From Candidatus Gastranaerophilales bacterium (GTDB lineage: Bacteria; Cyanobacteriota; Vampirovibrionia; Gastranaerophilales; Gastranaerophilaceae): DNA of 64,000 nt. The notes below the pieces were generated by a model. That model did not search any database, was not told the DNA's origin, and worked only from the letters and a program-made list of their open reading frames with translations. The position numbers were made by a program, and so were the translations under genes. The stretch is from assembly GCA_944326015.1 (NCBI GenBank), contig CALVCJ010000001.1:1068-65067 (forward strand), written 5' to 3'. Of the stretch, positions 36,988 to 46,496 are shown in pieces (positions within the stretch are counted from its first letter, which is position 1; each line of letters starts with the position of its first letter).

Positions 36988-38281
36988 CATACAAATTATC
37001 AACTAGCTTTGCAACAGTTTTTACAGACAAAGCCGATGTTCGTGCAGGAGTAAGTTCTACCACAGATGTAACGCGTCTTGAGCCATCCGGAAGTTTATTT
37101 ATTTGAACAATATAGTCAAAATCTGAAAGGACCTTTGTTTTTGCCATTTTTTCAGGCATATGTTCAAAACAAACATAAGAAGAGATCAGTTTTGACAAAG
37201 CTGCATCAATACAATTCGCACGCAAAGTATATATTCCACCTTTAATTTCTGACAGACTGCTAACCGGAAAATTTAAATCACATACAACATAGTCCGGTTC
37301 AAGTTTTAAAATACTTGACACTAGCTTTTGATAATCAGGGTGCCTACTATTAATCATAAATTTTATTAGGGAATTATTTGTATGCGAAATTTCAGAAGCT
37401 TCCTCCATAAGAACAATTCTTTTAAGAGCTGGCATTGAATTAAGTAATACACCTGTCAGAGTAGTTTTTCCTGAATTTATATCTCCCGATATAACAATAT
37501 TCTTATTTGAATTAACAACAGAAATTAAAAAATCCAGTATTTCTTTTGTCATCATACTTTTATTAAGTAAAAAATTTATATCAAAATTTAAAGATTTTCT
37601 TATAGAAATATTTACCCCTGAGCCAGATAACGGCGGTAGAATAATCGTTACAAAATAATTCTTTATTTTTAAATTTAAAATATTTTTATGCACATCAGCA
37701 ATATTAATATCTGCCATATCATAAATATGATTTAAAAGAAAATCAATATGACTTTGTTCGGGTTTTATTTCAGTATTCAACACCTTGCCGCCTATTTCTA
37801 TATAAATACCTGATAAACCGTTCACAAAAACAGCATCAACATTATCTCTGTCAAGTAAATTTTGCACAGGGCCGAAACCTTCGACAAAACGATATAATTT
37901 ATCAGTTAATAAATCGCGTTCATTATCCTCAAGCTCAATGTGATCAACACTAAGCTTATTAAAAATAAAATTCCTGATAAGTTCTCTACGTTTTGAAAGA
38001 TCATATTCATACCAAACGGGAGTGAAAGATATTTTTTCCAAAAGGGCATTTGTTATAGCTTCCTGAGTTTCTAAAAAATTATCATGTTTTTCTTCAATAT
38101 CAGCAGTAATTTCCTGATGTACTAGTTCTTGTAGAGGAGGTTGCTCCATAAGTTCCACACTAATATTTTGCGTTTTCTTCTGCGGAAAAACAAATTTTCT
38201 TGGAGGCTGCTGTTCTGGAACTGCATTTTCCTGCTCTATACGCTTTTTAAATCTGCTGCTTAATCTACTACTATCTGACAT
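36929..38281 (-). CDS. CpaF/TadA-family secretion ATPase with degenerate catalytic motifs
   Basis: GFGPVQNLLDRDNVDAVFVNG; ISIRK; GDINSGKT; DYIVQINKLPDGSRRVTSV; directly downstream of cpaE. Confidence 0.8.
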   Translation of the reverse strand: MSDSSRLSSRFKKRIEQENAVPEQQPPRKFVFPQKKTQNISVELMEQPPLQELVHQEITADIEEKHDNFLETQEAITNALLEKISFTPVWYEYDLSKRRELIRNFIFNKLSVDHIELEDNERDLLTDKLYRFVEGFGPVQNLLDRDNVDAVFVNGLSGIYIEIGGKVLNTEIKPEQSHIDFLLNHIYDMADINIADVHKNILNLKIKNYFVTIILPPLSGSGVNISIRKSLNFDINFLLNKSMMTKEILDFLISVVNSNKNIVISGDINSGKTTLTGVLLNSMPALKRIVLMEEASEISHTNNSLIKFMINSRHPDYQKLVSSILKLEPDYVVCDLNFPVSSLSEIKGGIYTLRANCIDAALSKLISSYVCFEHMPEKMAKTKVLSDFDYIVQINKLPDGSRRVTSVVELTPARTSALSVKTVAKLVDNLYVTEIPQPLTSILADSLISQ

Positions 38282-38284
38282 AAT

Positions 38285-39460
38285 CTAAAACCTTTCCTGT
38301 CTTTTCATAAATTTTTGGCGGTAAACACTATCAGAAACTAATAAGGCTAAATTCTTAAAACTCAATGCAAGATTAGAGTCTGGGTTAATCTCAGGCACAG
38401 GAATTCCTTTATTAATTGCCGCCATCATGGTAAAATAGTTATTAGGAATTTTCCAATAAATTTTTTGACCTAGAGCTTCCTCTACATCTTCAGCTTTAAT
38501 TTCATCATTTTCCATATAACGATTAATTAAAACTTGAATTTTACTCTGATCAAAGCCAAGTTTTTCAAATAATTCCAAGCACCTCTGACAATTTCGTATT
38601 GCTGGTAAATTTACTATGGTAACTAGAAAAACTAGATCAGAATTTTCAATAGCATTCAAAGCACTTTTATCAAAACCACCTGATGTATCTACAACAACAT
38701 AAGAAAATGCTTTCCTCAATATATCAAAAAGTTTTGTAATATCATTTGGTAAAACATTTTCTGCACTGTTAAAATACGGAGGATCTGCAAGAATATATAA
38801 ACTTGTATCTTTATACTTTTCAAGAGTCGAAAGCAGAAATTTTTCATTTATTTTGTCCGGATTATTAAGCATATACGAGATATTAAAAGAAGGTTTTATA
38901 TCAAAAAAAGCAGCTATATCACCTAATTGAAAATTTAAATCAATAAGTGCCACATTTTCTTTTGTAGTTTTAGCAAGCTCAAAAGCAAGATTAGAAGCTA
39001 TTGATGTCTTACCTATTCCGCCTTTGTTTGAGTACACTGTAATAATTCGGCATTTAGATTTTTTAGAAATGACGTCTGATAAATTATCATAAACTTTTTT
39101 TAAAACTTCAAAAAATTCTTCTTTAATAACAGGCAATGCAAGAAAATCGCAAGCTCCTATTCTCATTGCTCTAATTACAATATCAACTGAGGGTTTATCA
39201 GAAATAACAACGACTTTGCACTTTGGAAATTCCGATGCTATTTTGGATACAAAGTTCAAGGCTTGTTCCTGATAATCAGAGATATCCATTATCACTAAAG
39301 ATTTATCAAGCTCACAAACAGCGTTATAAGCCTTTGTAAAATCAGATGTTTGAGCAAGAAAAGAAAATTTTTCAAACTCTCTGAGATAAGATTTTAAAAG
39401 TTCGCCTGTATTTAAATGTCCTGTAACAACAATAGTTTGAATATACTTATCCATAGGCAT
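38285..39460 (-). CDS. cpaE: CpaE/TadZ-like pilus assembly protein (REC-like + MinD/ParA ATPase)
   Basis: AMRIGACDFL; SNKGGIGKTSIASNLA; LIDLNFQLGD; AAINKGIP. Confidence 0.88.
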   Translation of the reverse strand: MPMDKYIQTIVVTGHLNTGELLKSYLREFEKFSFLAQTSDFTKAYNAVCELDKSLVIMDISDYQEQALNFVSKIASEFPKCKVVVISDKPSVDIVIRAMRIGACDFLALPVIKEEFFEVLKKVYDNLSDVISKKSKCRIITVYSNKGGIGKTSIASNLAFELAKTTKENVALIDLNFQLGDIAAFFDIKPSFNISYMLNNPDKINEKFLLSTLEKYKDTSLYILADPPYFNSAENVLPNDITKLFDILRKAFSYVVVDTSGGFDKSALNAIENSDLVFLVTIVNLPAIRNCQRCLELFEKLGFDQSKIQVLINRYMENDEIKAEDVEEALGQKIYWKIPNNYFTMMAAINKGIPVPEINPDSNLALSFKNLALLVSDSVYRQKFMKRQERF

Positions 39461-39591
39461 ATTGTAACATGTTTTATTAAATGAAGCAAATCTATAAAAC
39501 AAAAATACTAAAATCTAAAAGGATAATCATCAGGGATATTATTATATGAAATGTATTGCTTGTTTATGACTGAGATGATATAATTGTTAGT

Positions 39592-41367
39592 ATGAATAAT
39601 GTAAGTTTGACAACTCAAAACAGACTGATTATTTCAGGGCTTGTTATAAGTACAGTGCTTATTGTTGTAATTGCTGTTTTCGCAATCTTTAACATACAAA
39701 ACAATTTAAACAAAGGCTATCAAAATTTCGGACAAATAGTTTCCAAGGCTCTGGCTATTGAATGCGCTGAACTTACCATTAATGCACCGGCTTCCAAAGT
39801 AAAACAAACGCTCAAGGCACATGTCGACGCAATTGTCAGCTCACACAATGATATTGTTTTTATTGAACTAAGAAATAAAGATGGAAAACTTATTTATAAA
39901 TCCGGCAACTCTGGTCAAATGTCTAAAGTTCCTAACATTGTAGTAAGTTCACCTATGATGACAGGCAATGACGTAAATGTTGGATATGTCACCGTAGGTC
40001 TGTCCGGTAATATTATAAATAAAATTTCATCAACTACAAGGGCTTCGCTTTTCTTTGTATTTACAGTAGCCTGGATAGTTTTTGCATTTGTAATATTAAT
40101 TAACACATATCTAATTACAAGAGAACTTAGAGTTTTGCATGAAGGAGTTCAAAAAATTTCAACCGGAGAATTCGGATATACAATTAAAGATAAAGATGTA
40201 AGTTCCGAAGTTAAAGAGCTTTTTAATTCTTTTAATAACATGTCTAACAGACTTCACATATATGAAGAGCAGAATATAGAACAATTAACGCTTGAAAGGA
40301 ACAAGCTTGAAGCTGTATTAATGAGTATAGCAAATGGGGTTGTTGTATGTGATAACAATGATAATGTAGTGCTGGTCAATAACCATGCACACAAACTTCT
40401 TGAACTTGAAGATGATCAGATGATTGGGACCAAAATTCAAAATTACATTGATACAGAAGGTAATTATTGCTTTAAAGATAAAATTGAAGAATTTAAAGAT
40501 ACTCCACTAGAAGTTATGGAAAATAAACCGCTTGAATTTAATATTCAGGTAGATAAACGTACTATCAAATCAATAATATCACCAATGTTTACTAGAAATA
40601 AAGAATATGTAGGCTACATTATAGTATTAATTGACATGACAAAAGAAGCTGAAATGGATGCTATGCGTTCAACATTTATATCAAACGTTTCGCATGAATT
40701 AAGAACTCCTGTAACAGTTTTAAGAAGCTATATTGACACACTTTACAATTACGGCAATGAATTTGATTATAAAACCCAAAAAGAATTTATCGGAACCATT
40801 AATCAAGAAATTATAAGGCTTAACAGGATGGTTAATGACATACTTGATTTTTCACGCATGGAAGCTAATGCTGAAATGGAAAAATCACTAAACAGTATTT
40901 ACGAAGTTGTCGATAATTGCGTAAATCAAATTCAAGCACTGACCAAAGATCATAATCTTACGATAACTGTCACCAAGCAGGACGGTATACCCAACTTCCT
41001 ATTTAACTACGATGGTATAGAAAGAGCACTTACAAATCTTTTGTCAAACGCAATAAAATATTCACCTGAAAACGGCCAAATTGAAGTAAATTTAGAAAAA
41101 GACAATGATAATGCAGTAATAACTGTTACAGATCAAGGATGCGGAATTGCTCCAGAATATCAGAAAAAGATTTTTGATAGATTTTACAGGGTCGAAAATA
41201 ATATTCACACAATAAAAGGGACAGGACTCGGATTACACCTTGTAAAGCAAACCATAGAAAAATACCATGGCGGAAAAGTATTTTTACATTCACAGATAGG
41301 ACATGGTTCAACATTCGGCTTTTCACTTCCAACACAGGTTGTTGATGACCTAAAAAGTTATGTTTAA
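39592..41367 (+). CDS. nblS: sensor histidine kinase TM-HAMP-PAS-HisKA-HATPase, Hik33/NblS-like
   Basis: Two TMs, HAMP, LTLERNKLEAVLMSIANG, SNVSHELRTP, FYRVENNIHTIKGTGLGL; architecture and motifs parallel cyanobacterial Hik33. Confidence 0.75.
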   Translation: MNNVSLTTQNRLIISGLVISTVLIVVIAVFAIFNIQNNLNKGYQNFGQIVSKALAIECAELTINAPASKVKQTLKAHVDAIVSSHNDIVFIELRNKDGKLIYKSGNSGQMSKVPNIVVSSPMMTGNDVNVGYVTVGLSGNIINKISSTTRASLFFVFTVAWIVFAFVILINTYLITRELRVLHEGVQKISTGEFGYTIKDKDVSSEVKELFNSFNNMSNRLHIYEEQNIEQLTLERNKLEAVLMSIANGVVVCDNNDNVVLVNNHAHKLLELEDDQMIGTKIQNYIDTEGNYCFKDKIEEFKDTPLEVMENKPLEFNIQVDKRTIKSIISPMFTRNKEYVGYIIVLIDMTKEAEMDAMRSTFISNVSHELRTPVTVLRSYIDTLYNYGNEFDYKTQKEFIGTINQEIIRLNRMVNDILDFSRMEANAEMEKSLNSIYEVVDNCVNQIQALTKDHNLTITVTKQDGIPNFLFNYDGIERALTNLLSNAIKYSPENGQIEVNLEKDNDNAVITVTDQGCGIAPEYQKKIFDRFYRVENNIHTIKGTGLGLHLVKQTIEKYHGGKVFLHSQIGHGSTFGFSLPTQVVDDLKSYV

Positions 41368-41377
41368 AGGGTGCTCA

Positions 41378-42118
41378 ATGAGTTTCATAAAAATATGGTA
41401 TATTTTTTGTAAAATTTGTCTTTTAATATTTATAATAATAGTGATTAATTCAATACTGGGAGATATTTTATTCAGAATAAAATACTCATTTCCAAAAGCA
41501 GAACTGACCGAGATTCAAATAATTGATCCTACAAAAGATCCTGTACAAATTAATTTTGAAAATTCACAATACATAAAAGCGCGCGGTGAAAAAGGAATTT
41601 TTGCTTTAAAACCGCAGGCGCAATATTCGATTTCAGGTCTAGTTGTAACAAGAAATACAAATTTTTGGTTCAGAGATATAATGCGAAATAAGTTTGACGA
41701 CATCTGCCTAATGGATATCGGAATTGCCTGGGGTGAATTAGCAACGCACAAAAAAGAATTATACAGATACTGGAAGTTTAAATCAAAAAAAACTTTAGGC
41801 CAGAGTCGTCGTCTTGAATGGCGATCAAAACCGCCATACGATGCTAGTCCATGGGATGCAAGCTATATAAGTTCACACATATCTCACACGCACCTTATTC
41901 CGGCAAACTATAACGTAATGGGTGGACTTTTGAGCATAAGAAAAAATGATATAGTAAAACTTGACGGATATCTTGTTGATATTTATACAGATAAAAATGA
42001 ACTTATAGCTAAAACAAGCCTGTCAAGAACAGATACAAATCCGACAAGCAGAGGTTCGGGTGCCTGCGAAGATATGTATGTAAACCAGGTTCAGGTTGGA
42101 AATAAATTATACAAATAA
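41378..42118 (+). CDS. hypothetical protein with N-terminal TM
   Basis: ORF overlapping or abutting the kinase stop; HISHTHLIPA...VKLDGYLVD; no function assigned. Confidence 0.75.
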   Translation: MSFIKIWYIFCKICLLIFIIIVINSILGDILFRIKYSFPKAELTEIQIIDPTKDPVQINFENSQYIKARGEKGIFALKPQAQYSISGLVVTRNTNFWFRDIMRNKFDDICLMDIGIAWGELATHKKELYRYWKFKSKKTLGQSRRLEWRSKPPYDASPWDASYISSHISHTHLIPANYNVMGGLLSIRKNDIVKLDGYLVDIYTDKNELIAKTSLSRTDTNPTSRGSGACEDMYVNQVQVGNKLYK

Positions 42119-42149
42119 ATTTGCATAATATTAAATCCAAATCCAGGTG

Positions 42150-43742
42150 CTATTCAAATAAAGCATTTATCTTATCTAAAATATCCTGCGGCTCAATTTC
42201 ATTAGTAATTTTATTTATATCTTGTGCAATCTGATAAAGTTTAGCAGCTTCAATCTTATCACCTGTAATAGAAATCGCACGCGCAAGGTTAAAATGAGCC
42301 AAAGCGTAATTAGGATTACATTCAACAGATTTTTTGAATAAATCTATTGACTGCTTTACTCTGCCTAAATCATCAAGATAAATTACTCCCATATTGTTAT
42401 AGGCAATATCATAATCCGGGTCGTATTTTATAGCAAGGCCGTATTCCTTCAAAGCTTCATCAATTTCACCTTTACCCCAGTATAAAAAACCAAGATTACA
42501 ATGAATTTTAGCATTTTGAGGGTCAAGATCAAGCGCATTTCTATAAACCTGTAAAGCATTTTCAATATCATCTTTATCATAAAATGCACTACCCAAATTA
42601 ACATATATATCCAAATCCTTGGGCGTCAATAGATATGCACTCTGATAAGAACTTATAGCTGCATTTAAATCCTGCTTTGATTCCTGATAAACAAAACCTA
42701 AAGTTTGATTTATAATACTTGTCCATTGTTTGCGCGGATTTAAAGTAATAGCAGTCTGAAAATGAGAAATAGCACCGTCAATATCCCCCTTAACATAGAG
42801 TATATTGGCAAGATTAGAGTGGACATCCGGCATATTAGGCATTATCTCAATTAATTTTTCATAAATTTGCACTGCGCTATCATAATCTCCTTGCTCCTCG
42901 TAAGCCTGACATAAATGTCTGTAAGCCGGAATATTCAAACTATCAAGCCATATAGCCATTTTGTATTCTGTAACAGCATCATCAAATTGCCCAAGAGAGC
43001 GGTAAATATCTCCTAAAAGACAATATAATGGGATAAACCCGGGAGCTTTTTCAACGGCTTCTGCATATGTTTCAAGCGCATCACTAAATTTGTTTAACTG
43101 AACTTGATACGCACCTTTCAACAATATCGGCAAAAATTTTACATAAGATAACATTCTGCAAACATTTCCAATTGCAATTTTATCAAAAGGCAGAGTTAAT
43201 AAAGATAAAATAAATTCTTGCTTTGAAAGCAAAAAGTTTTTAAAACTTCTTGCCGAAGATACATTGTACAAGCATGAAAGAAGAAAATGCGAGCACGAAT
43301 TTGCAAAAGGCATAACTTTTATTGCTTTTTTAGCATAGATGAATGCATCAGAAAATCTAGCCTTTTTGGTATAAGTTTCAGCAAGAAGGTAATAAGCTTT
43401 TCCTGATTTTGGATTTTTAGATAAAGCCATGTCAAGATAATTGACTGCCTTGTCCAAATCTCCTTTAAAATAATTTGCCTGACCGATTTTAAAATAAATC
43501 TCGTCAGATTCAATATAAGTTTCCAGAGCAATTTGATACTCAGTTATAGCCTCATCAATATAACGGCATGAATTAGATATATCAAGATGCCAGGCTAGAT
43601 ATAAATCACCGAGTCTTATATGCAAATCTGCATTTGTTGGATCATCCTGAAGCCCGAGCTGACAAAGTTCAATTGCATTTTTTACATTGCCTATTTTACA
43701 CTCTTTATTAATCTTTTTTTCCAGTTGCTTTGTTATACTCAT
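42150..43742 (-). CDS. TPR-repeat protein
   Basis: More than 10 TPRs (e.g. VHSNLANILY, IHCNLGFLYW, AYNNMGVIY). Start moved to ATG 43742. Confidence 0.9.
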   Translation of the reverse strand: MSITKQLEKKINKECKIGNVKNAIELCQLGLQDDPTNADLHIRLGDLYLAWHLDISNSCRYIDEAITEYQIALETYIESDEIYFKIGQANYFKGDLDKAVNYLDMALSKNPKSGKAYYLLAETYTKKARFSDAFIYAKKAIKVMPFANSCSHFLLSCLYNVSSARSFKNFLLSKQEFILSLLTLPFDKIAIGNVCRMLSYVKFLPILLKGAYQVQLNKFSDALETYAEAVEKAPGFIPLYCLLGDIYRSLGQFDDAVTEYKMAIWLDSLNIPAYRHLCQAYEEQGDYDSAVQIYEKLIEIMPNMPDVHSNLANILYVKGDIDGAISHFQTAITLNPRKQWTSIINQTLGFVYQESKQDLNAAISSYQSAYLLTPKDLDIYVNLGSAFYDKDDIENALQVYRNALDLDPQNAKIHCNLGFLYWGKGEIDEALKEYGLAIKYDPDYDIAYNNMGVIYLDDLGRVKQSIDLFKKSVECNPNYALAHFNLARAISITGDKIEAAKLYQIAQDINKITNEIEPQDILDKINALFE

Positions 43743-43875
43743 AATATTATTTATAAAAAGACTCTTGACAGAACATTTAAAACGTTCCATACTAAACATT
43801 GTAAATAACATAACAGAAAAATGCAAGTTATTTATAAATAAAAACATATTTGTAAATTAGATTTTAGGAGTATAA

Positions 43876-45186
43876 ATGAAAGCAAACAAAATTTACTTTG
43901 TAGATGTAACAAACAGAGATGGTGTACAAACTTCACGTTTAGGACTTGCAAAACTCGAAAAAACAATGATTAATCTCATGCTTGATGATATGGGGATTAC
44001 CCAGTCAGAATTCGGTTTCCCTACAACAAAGCACGAAATAAATTATCTTAATGGCAACCTTGAACTTGCGGAAAGAAAAGTTATTTCAAGGACAAAGCTC
44101 TCAGGATGGATGAGAGGTATAGCTGAGGATGTTGAACTTTCCTTCAAAAATGTCCCAAAATTAAAAAACCTTAACCTATCACAATCCACATCAGAACAAA
44201 TGATTAACGGGAAATATCTCGGGAAAAAAACTCCGCGTGACATCATTAATATGACCTGTGAAGCCGTGGAGTGCGCAATTTCTCTCGGAGCAGAAGATAT
44301 AGGTATTAACGCGGAAGATGCCTCCAGAAGCGATATAGACTTTCTAATAAAATACGCAACAGAAGCAAAAAAATGCGGAGCAAGACGTTTCAGATACTGT
44401 GATACGCTTGGCTACGAAGACCCTCAAACTGCATATGAAAGAATTTTTAAAATAGCAAGAGCAATAGAAATGCCTGTGGAAGTTCACTATCATAATGATC
44501 TTGGAATGGCTGCGGCATGTTCTGTAATGGGGGCAAAAGCGGCGATAGACGCCGGGGTTGATGCTTATATAAACACTGCAATTAACGGAATGGGAGAACG
44601 TGCCGGTAATGCCGACCTTGCCTCCTGTCTTCTTGCAATACTAAAATCAGCAGGCTTTAAAAACAAATATAAAATTGATCCTAATATTGATCTTAGCAAA
44701 ATATGGAAACTTGCTAAATACACATCTTATGCATTTGGAGTTCCTATCCCCATAAACCAGCCTGCTGTTGGTGACAACGCGTTTGCTCATGAATCAGGAA
44801 TTCACGCAGACGGAGCTTTAAAAGACAGAAGAAATTATGAATTGTACGATTTTGAAGAACTTGGCAGAGGGGACCCAGAAATAATTGAGACAGGAAGAAT
44901 GATTACAACAGGTGAATACGGTGGCATAAAAGGTTTTAGAAATGTCTATAATAACCTGGAAATAGAGTTCAAAGACGAACATGAAGCAAGAAATATTCTT
45001 GAACTTGTCAGATACGCAAATGTTCACACCCAAAAACCACTTACTTCTGGGGAATTAAGATTTATATATTACTATCCTGATATAGCAGCCAAAATTATGA
45101 CAGTCTCTCCATACTATGAACCGGAAGGAGCAATTAAAGAAAGAATGGAAGCAGGTATTGTTACCAACCCGCAAAAAATTGTATAG
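43876..45186 (+). CDS. LeuA/NifV-family Claisen-condensing synthase (homocitrate or Re-citrate synthase-like)
   Basis: DVTNRDGVQ; YCDTLG; VHYHNDLGMA; GMGERAGNA; FAHESGIHADG. Confidence 0.85.
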   Translation: MKANKIYFVDVTNRDGVQTSRLGLAKLEKTMINLMLDDMGITQSEFGFPTTKHEINYLNGNLELAERKVISRTKLSGWMRGIAEDVELSFKNVPKLKNLNLSQSTSEQMINGKYLGKKTPRDIINMTCEAVECAISLGAEDIGINAEDASRSDIDFLIKYATEAKKCGARRFRYCDTLGYEDPQTAYERIFKIARAIEMPVEVHYHNDLGMAAACSVMGAKAAIDAGVDAYINTAINGMGERAGNADLASCLLAILKSAGFKNKYKIDPNIDLSKIWKLAKYTSYAFGVPIPINQPAVGDNAFAHESGIHADGALKDRRNYELYDFEELGRGDPEIIETGRMITTGEYGGIKGFRNVYNNLEIEFKDEHEARNILELVRYANVHTQKPLTSGELRFIYYYPDIAAKIMTVSPYYEPEGAIKERMEAGIVTNPQKIV

Positions 45187-45215
45187 AGTATCTTTTAGCC
45201 ATATATTTTATCCTT

Positions 45216-45233
45216 TTTGTAACGAAATGTAAC
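45216..45233 (-). promoter_or_regulatory. HLR1-type direct repeat (RpaB/OmpR-family site)
   Basis: Minus strand GTTACATT-TC-GTTACAAA, an exact match to (G/T)TTACA(T/A)(T/A)-N2 repeat, 85 bp upstream of the 45319 gene. Confidence 0.6.
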
Positions 45234-45318
45234 AGAAAATTATTCAAAAGTTAAAGAAAATTAAAATACATTCCGTAATAAAAAATATAAGGAAACAAAC
45301 AACGAAAGGGATAAAGTC

Positions 45319-46380
45319 ATGGGTATGGCAGCATCGCAGGCAAGGTTTTTAGGACTGACTGCGAGAAAAACAAATGTTGAATATGAAGGGCAGCAGATTA
45401 ATCAGCAGCGTACAACTTTGTCAAATCAATCTGCAAACTACTACAACGATCTGCTCGGTATGACAGTGCCTGTCCCCCCGTCAGTTGCAGACTACACCAA
45501 AACTGTTTACACATTTGAAGACGGAGCTTTGCAAAATTCAATATCAACAATGATAGCACAGAATGACGGGACTTATCTAATAAGTTATACTTCCTCCTGG
45601 ACAGATGACTTCGCAGTTGTATCTGCAGGACAGTCCATCGTAACCAGAAAGGGAACAGAAGGTGCTTATACCTACAATGTCGGAGCTAAAGAATTAAGAC
45701 AAATGCAAACACTTGAGGACGACGATATTGATGGTATGTCAGAAGAAGAATTGGAAACTCTCAGAGGAAATGATGAGTATTTGAAAACACTCTCAGATGA
45801 CCAGCTGAAAAAATTATTGAAAGAAGAAAATAATTACATATCCATGCTTAACGCGCAATACGGACAAGCAGATTGGATGGTAAGATATGTTGAAAATACG
45901 ACAACAAAAACCTGGACACCGTATTTCTGTAAAAAGCAGGTGCTTGATTCTGCAATTTATTCCAATACAGGCTCTTCTCAAAGCAGCATACCTGTATATA
46001 CAACAGGATCCACTGACAGAACTGAAGAAGTTAAAGGGGTAACTGCACGACTTGAACAGGATTCAACAGGAAGAATTATTAGCGTAACGCTTAAGCCGGG
46101 CGATCCTGACGAAGTTACCTACTCTGTTACAACAAACACTGTAACAGATCAGGCTGCATATGATGATGCTATGAACCAGTATGAATATGATAAGTATCAA
46201 TATGATCAAACAGTTCAAGAAATTAATGCTAAAATTGAGATTATTCAGGCTCAGGATAAAAATCTTGAATTGCGCTTAAAACAGCTTGATACTGAACAGG
46301 ATGCTATTCAAACTGAAATGGATGCAGTACAGAAAGTTATTGAAAAAAATACTGAATCAACATTTAAAACATTCGGTTAA
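45319..46380 (+). CDS. lineage-specific protein with coiled-coil termini (MGMAASQARFL...TFKTFG)
   Basis: Helical Q/E/N-rich N- and C-termini flanking a T/S/D/Y-rich middle; no signal peptide. Confidence 0.8.
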   Translation: MGMAASQARFLGLTARKTNVEYEGQQINQQRTTLSNQSANYYNDLLGMTVPVPPSVADYTKTVYTFEDGALQNSISTMIAQNDGTYLISYTSSWTDDFAVVSAGQSIVTRKGTEGAYTYNVGAKELRQMQTLEDDDIDGMSEEELETLRGNDEYLKTLSDDQLKKLLKEENNYISMLNAQYGQADWMVRYVENTTTKTWTPYFCKKQVLDSAIYSNTGSSQSSIPVYTTGSTDRTEEVKGVTARLEQDSTGRIISVTLKPGDPDEVTYSVTTNTVTDQAAYDDAMNQYEYDKYQYDQTVQEINAKIEIIQAQDKNLELRLKQLDTEQDAIQTEMDAVQKVIEKNTESTFKTFG

Positions 46381-46496
46381 ACAAAAACTAAAAATTATTA
46401 ATTATATATATTGTTTCCCTTTTTTCATATTTTTATTAAAACGACTTTTGTCGTTTTTTTTTTATGTTAAAATAATAAAAAAAAAGGAGAATGGTT

